Positions 63,713 through 64,000 of a stretch of 64,000 nucleotides of DNA are shown piece after piece. The translations under genes and the position numbers were made by a program. The stretch's first letter is position 1. Each line of letters opens with the position of its first letter. This DNA is from Leucoraja ocellata (Eukaryota): the NCBI GenBank assembly GCA_036785375.1, contig JAWMAR010000027.1, positions 10,602,001 through 10,666,000 on the forward strand, read 5' to 3'. The notes under the pieces were generated by a model, which made no database searches, had not been told where the DNA came from, and was given only the letters and a program-made list of their open reading frames with translations.

Positions 63713-64000
63713 TCTGGATCTGCCAACTATGTGCCAGATCGTGTCCCCATCCTGTTCATACTCTTTTCTCCTCTCGACTCTTAGCCCGGAGGAATGACCT
63801 CATCTGGAAACACGGAGTGCCCATTTCCTTCCACTTTCCACCTGACCTCTAGCAGATTGTTTGAACGCTCAAGATTACAACCCTATTATCATACAATAAT
63901 TATCAGATGCTTATCACAAATGCCAATTGAATATTGCCATATGCTGAAAATAAAATAATTCAACATGACTGACAAAACAATGAGTTGCAAAGCGAAAATT

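Noticed and set aside
49000-64000. PPP4R2 exons 1-2 (expected ...FLCHVAKTGETM)
   Set aside because: Not found by eye. They probably lie beyond the window end, though a short exon could have been missed.

Overview
Vertebrate nuclear DNA, AT-rich and dense in repeats. It is most likely from a cartilaginous fish (skate/ray/shark), inferred from the HER1/CR1-type LINEs with (TTTCTATG)n tails, the HE1/V-SINE-type SINEs and the divergence of the one recognisable gene. That gene is PPP4R2 (protein phosphatase 4 regulatory subunit 2) on the minus strand: coding exons 3-9 (48992 to 29723) were located by hand with GT-AG boundaries and consistent phases, exons 1-2 were not found and probably lie beyond 64000, and the 3'UTR runs to about 28530. 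The rest is intronic or intergenic and holds many CR1 LINE fragments, Rex1/Babar-type and L2 LINE fragments, tRNA-derived V-SINEs, Penelope-like element (PLE) fragments whose terminal repeats carry a minimal hammerhead-like motif, one full-length decayed IR/DR Tc1 transposon, a hAT MITE and a TA-flanked palindromic MITE. Almost all ORF-track entries are spurious or derived from transposable elements. The observations most worth following up are a young GC-rich non-autonomous retroelement built from 38-bp hairpin repeats, a 31-bp inverted-repeat-only insertion with an 8-bp target duplication inside a hammerhead core, a candidate poison exon in PPP4R2 intron 3, and a candidate unannotated spliced minus-strand transcript downstream of PPP4R2. 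No database searches were run. Repeat boundaries are approximate unless stated otherwise.
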